Assembly: GCA_000708835.1 (NCBI GenBank)
Contig: DF237254.1
Coordinates: 1-64,000, forward strand
Source: Klebsormidium nitens
Taxonomy: Eukaryota; Plantae; Klebsormidiophyceae
Reading direction: 5' to 3'
DNA: 64,000 bases
The notes beneath the pieces are model-generated. The model was not told the origin of the DNA. It made no database searches and saw only the letters and a list, made by a program, of their open reading frames with translations. The position numbers were made by a program, and so were the translations under genes. Shown one piece after another: positions 63,721 through 64,000 of the stretch (its first letter is position 1; every line of letters begins with the position of its first letter).

Positions 63721-64000
63721 AGAGCATAAACATGTGGATTTTCGGAAGTAGCATTCACGTCGTTTTGGGTCTTTCCTACCCCGTCCGACAGGCATGGCGT
63801 CGAGTGCACCTGAATGGAATCCAAAATCGTTGTGACCAGTTTCGCCTTCGAAAAAGAGAGCGAGCAAAAGTGGCCCAGGTTAGACCGACCCAATTAGGGT
63901 TTTACACAAGCGATGCTTTACCTGTGACCAGCCCATGATTAGAACTATAACCGCACCATGGTTAGGCCCGTAACCAGGACTTGGTACACGTATTAGCTCA

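Overview
Intron-rich eukaryotic nuclear DNA. The gene style and the presence of a flagellar gene suggest a flagellated green or streptophyte alga such as Klebsormidium; this is inference, not a database result. Protein genes assembled by hand from GT/GC-AG exon chains: (1) a 5'-truncated gene ending in a trypsin-like S1 protease exon (to 4071, +); (2) an unknown multi-exon protein (about 7392-9969, +); (3) a 15-exon CCHC-knuckle + 3xRRM + RGG/QGY low-complexity RNA-binding protein (24152-33839, +); (4) a 13-exon CFAP47 (53163-36923, -); (5) a RING + ERF4/GOLGA7/CHIC-like fusion protein (54352-60998, +); (6) the last two exons of enolase (62997-62158, -). Standout: two tandem minus-strand loci, 12545-11480 (1066 nt) and 14226-13453 (774 nt). 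Each begins with a clean tRNA 5' half (acceptor strand, D-arm, A-box) and ends with a tRNA 3' half (T-arm, B-box, acceptor strand). Where the anticodon arm should be, a conserved 10-bp helix encloses a 984-nt or 694-nt insert with hairpins and a 12-nt A/C-rich repeat tract. The T-stems differ by compensatory changes and oligo-T runs follow both 3' ends, so these look like a family of tRNA-closed long Pol III ncRNAs with tmRNA-like topology. A roughly 7-kb decayed coding block lies next to them. Second pervasive signal: diverged 'echo' copies of exon-intron junctions sit inside introns of four genes, usually carrying a stop codon or a damaged splice site.
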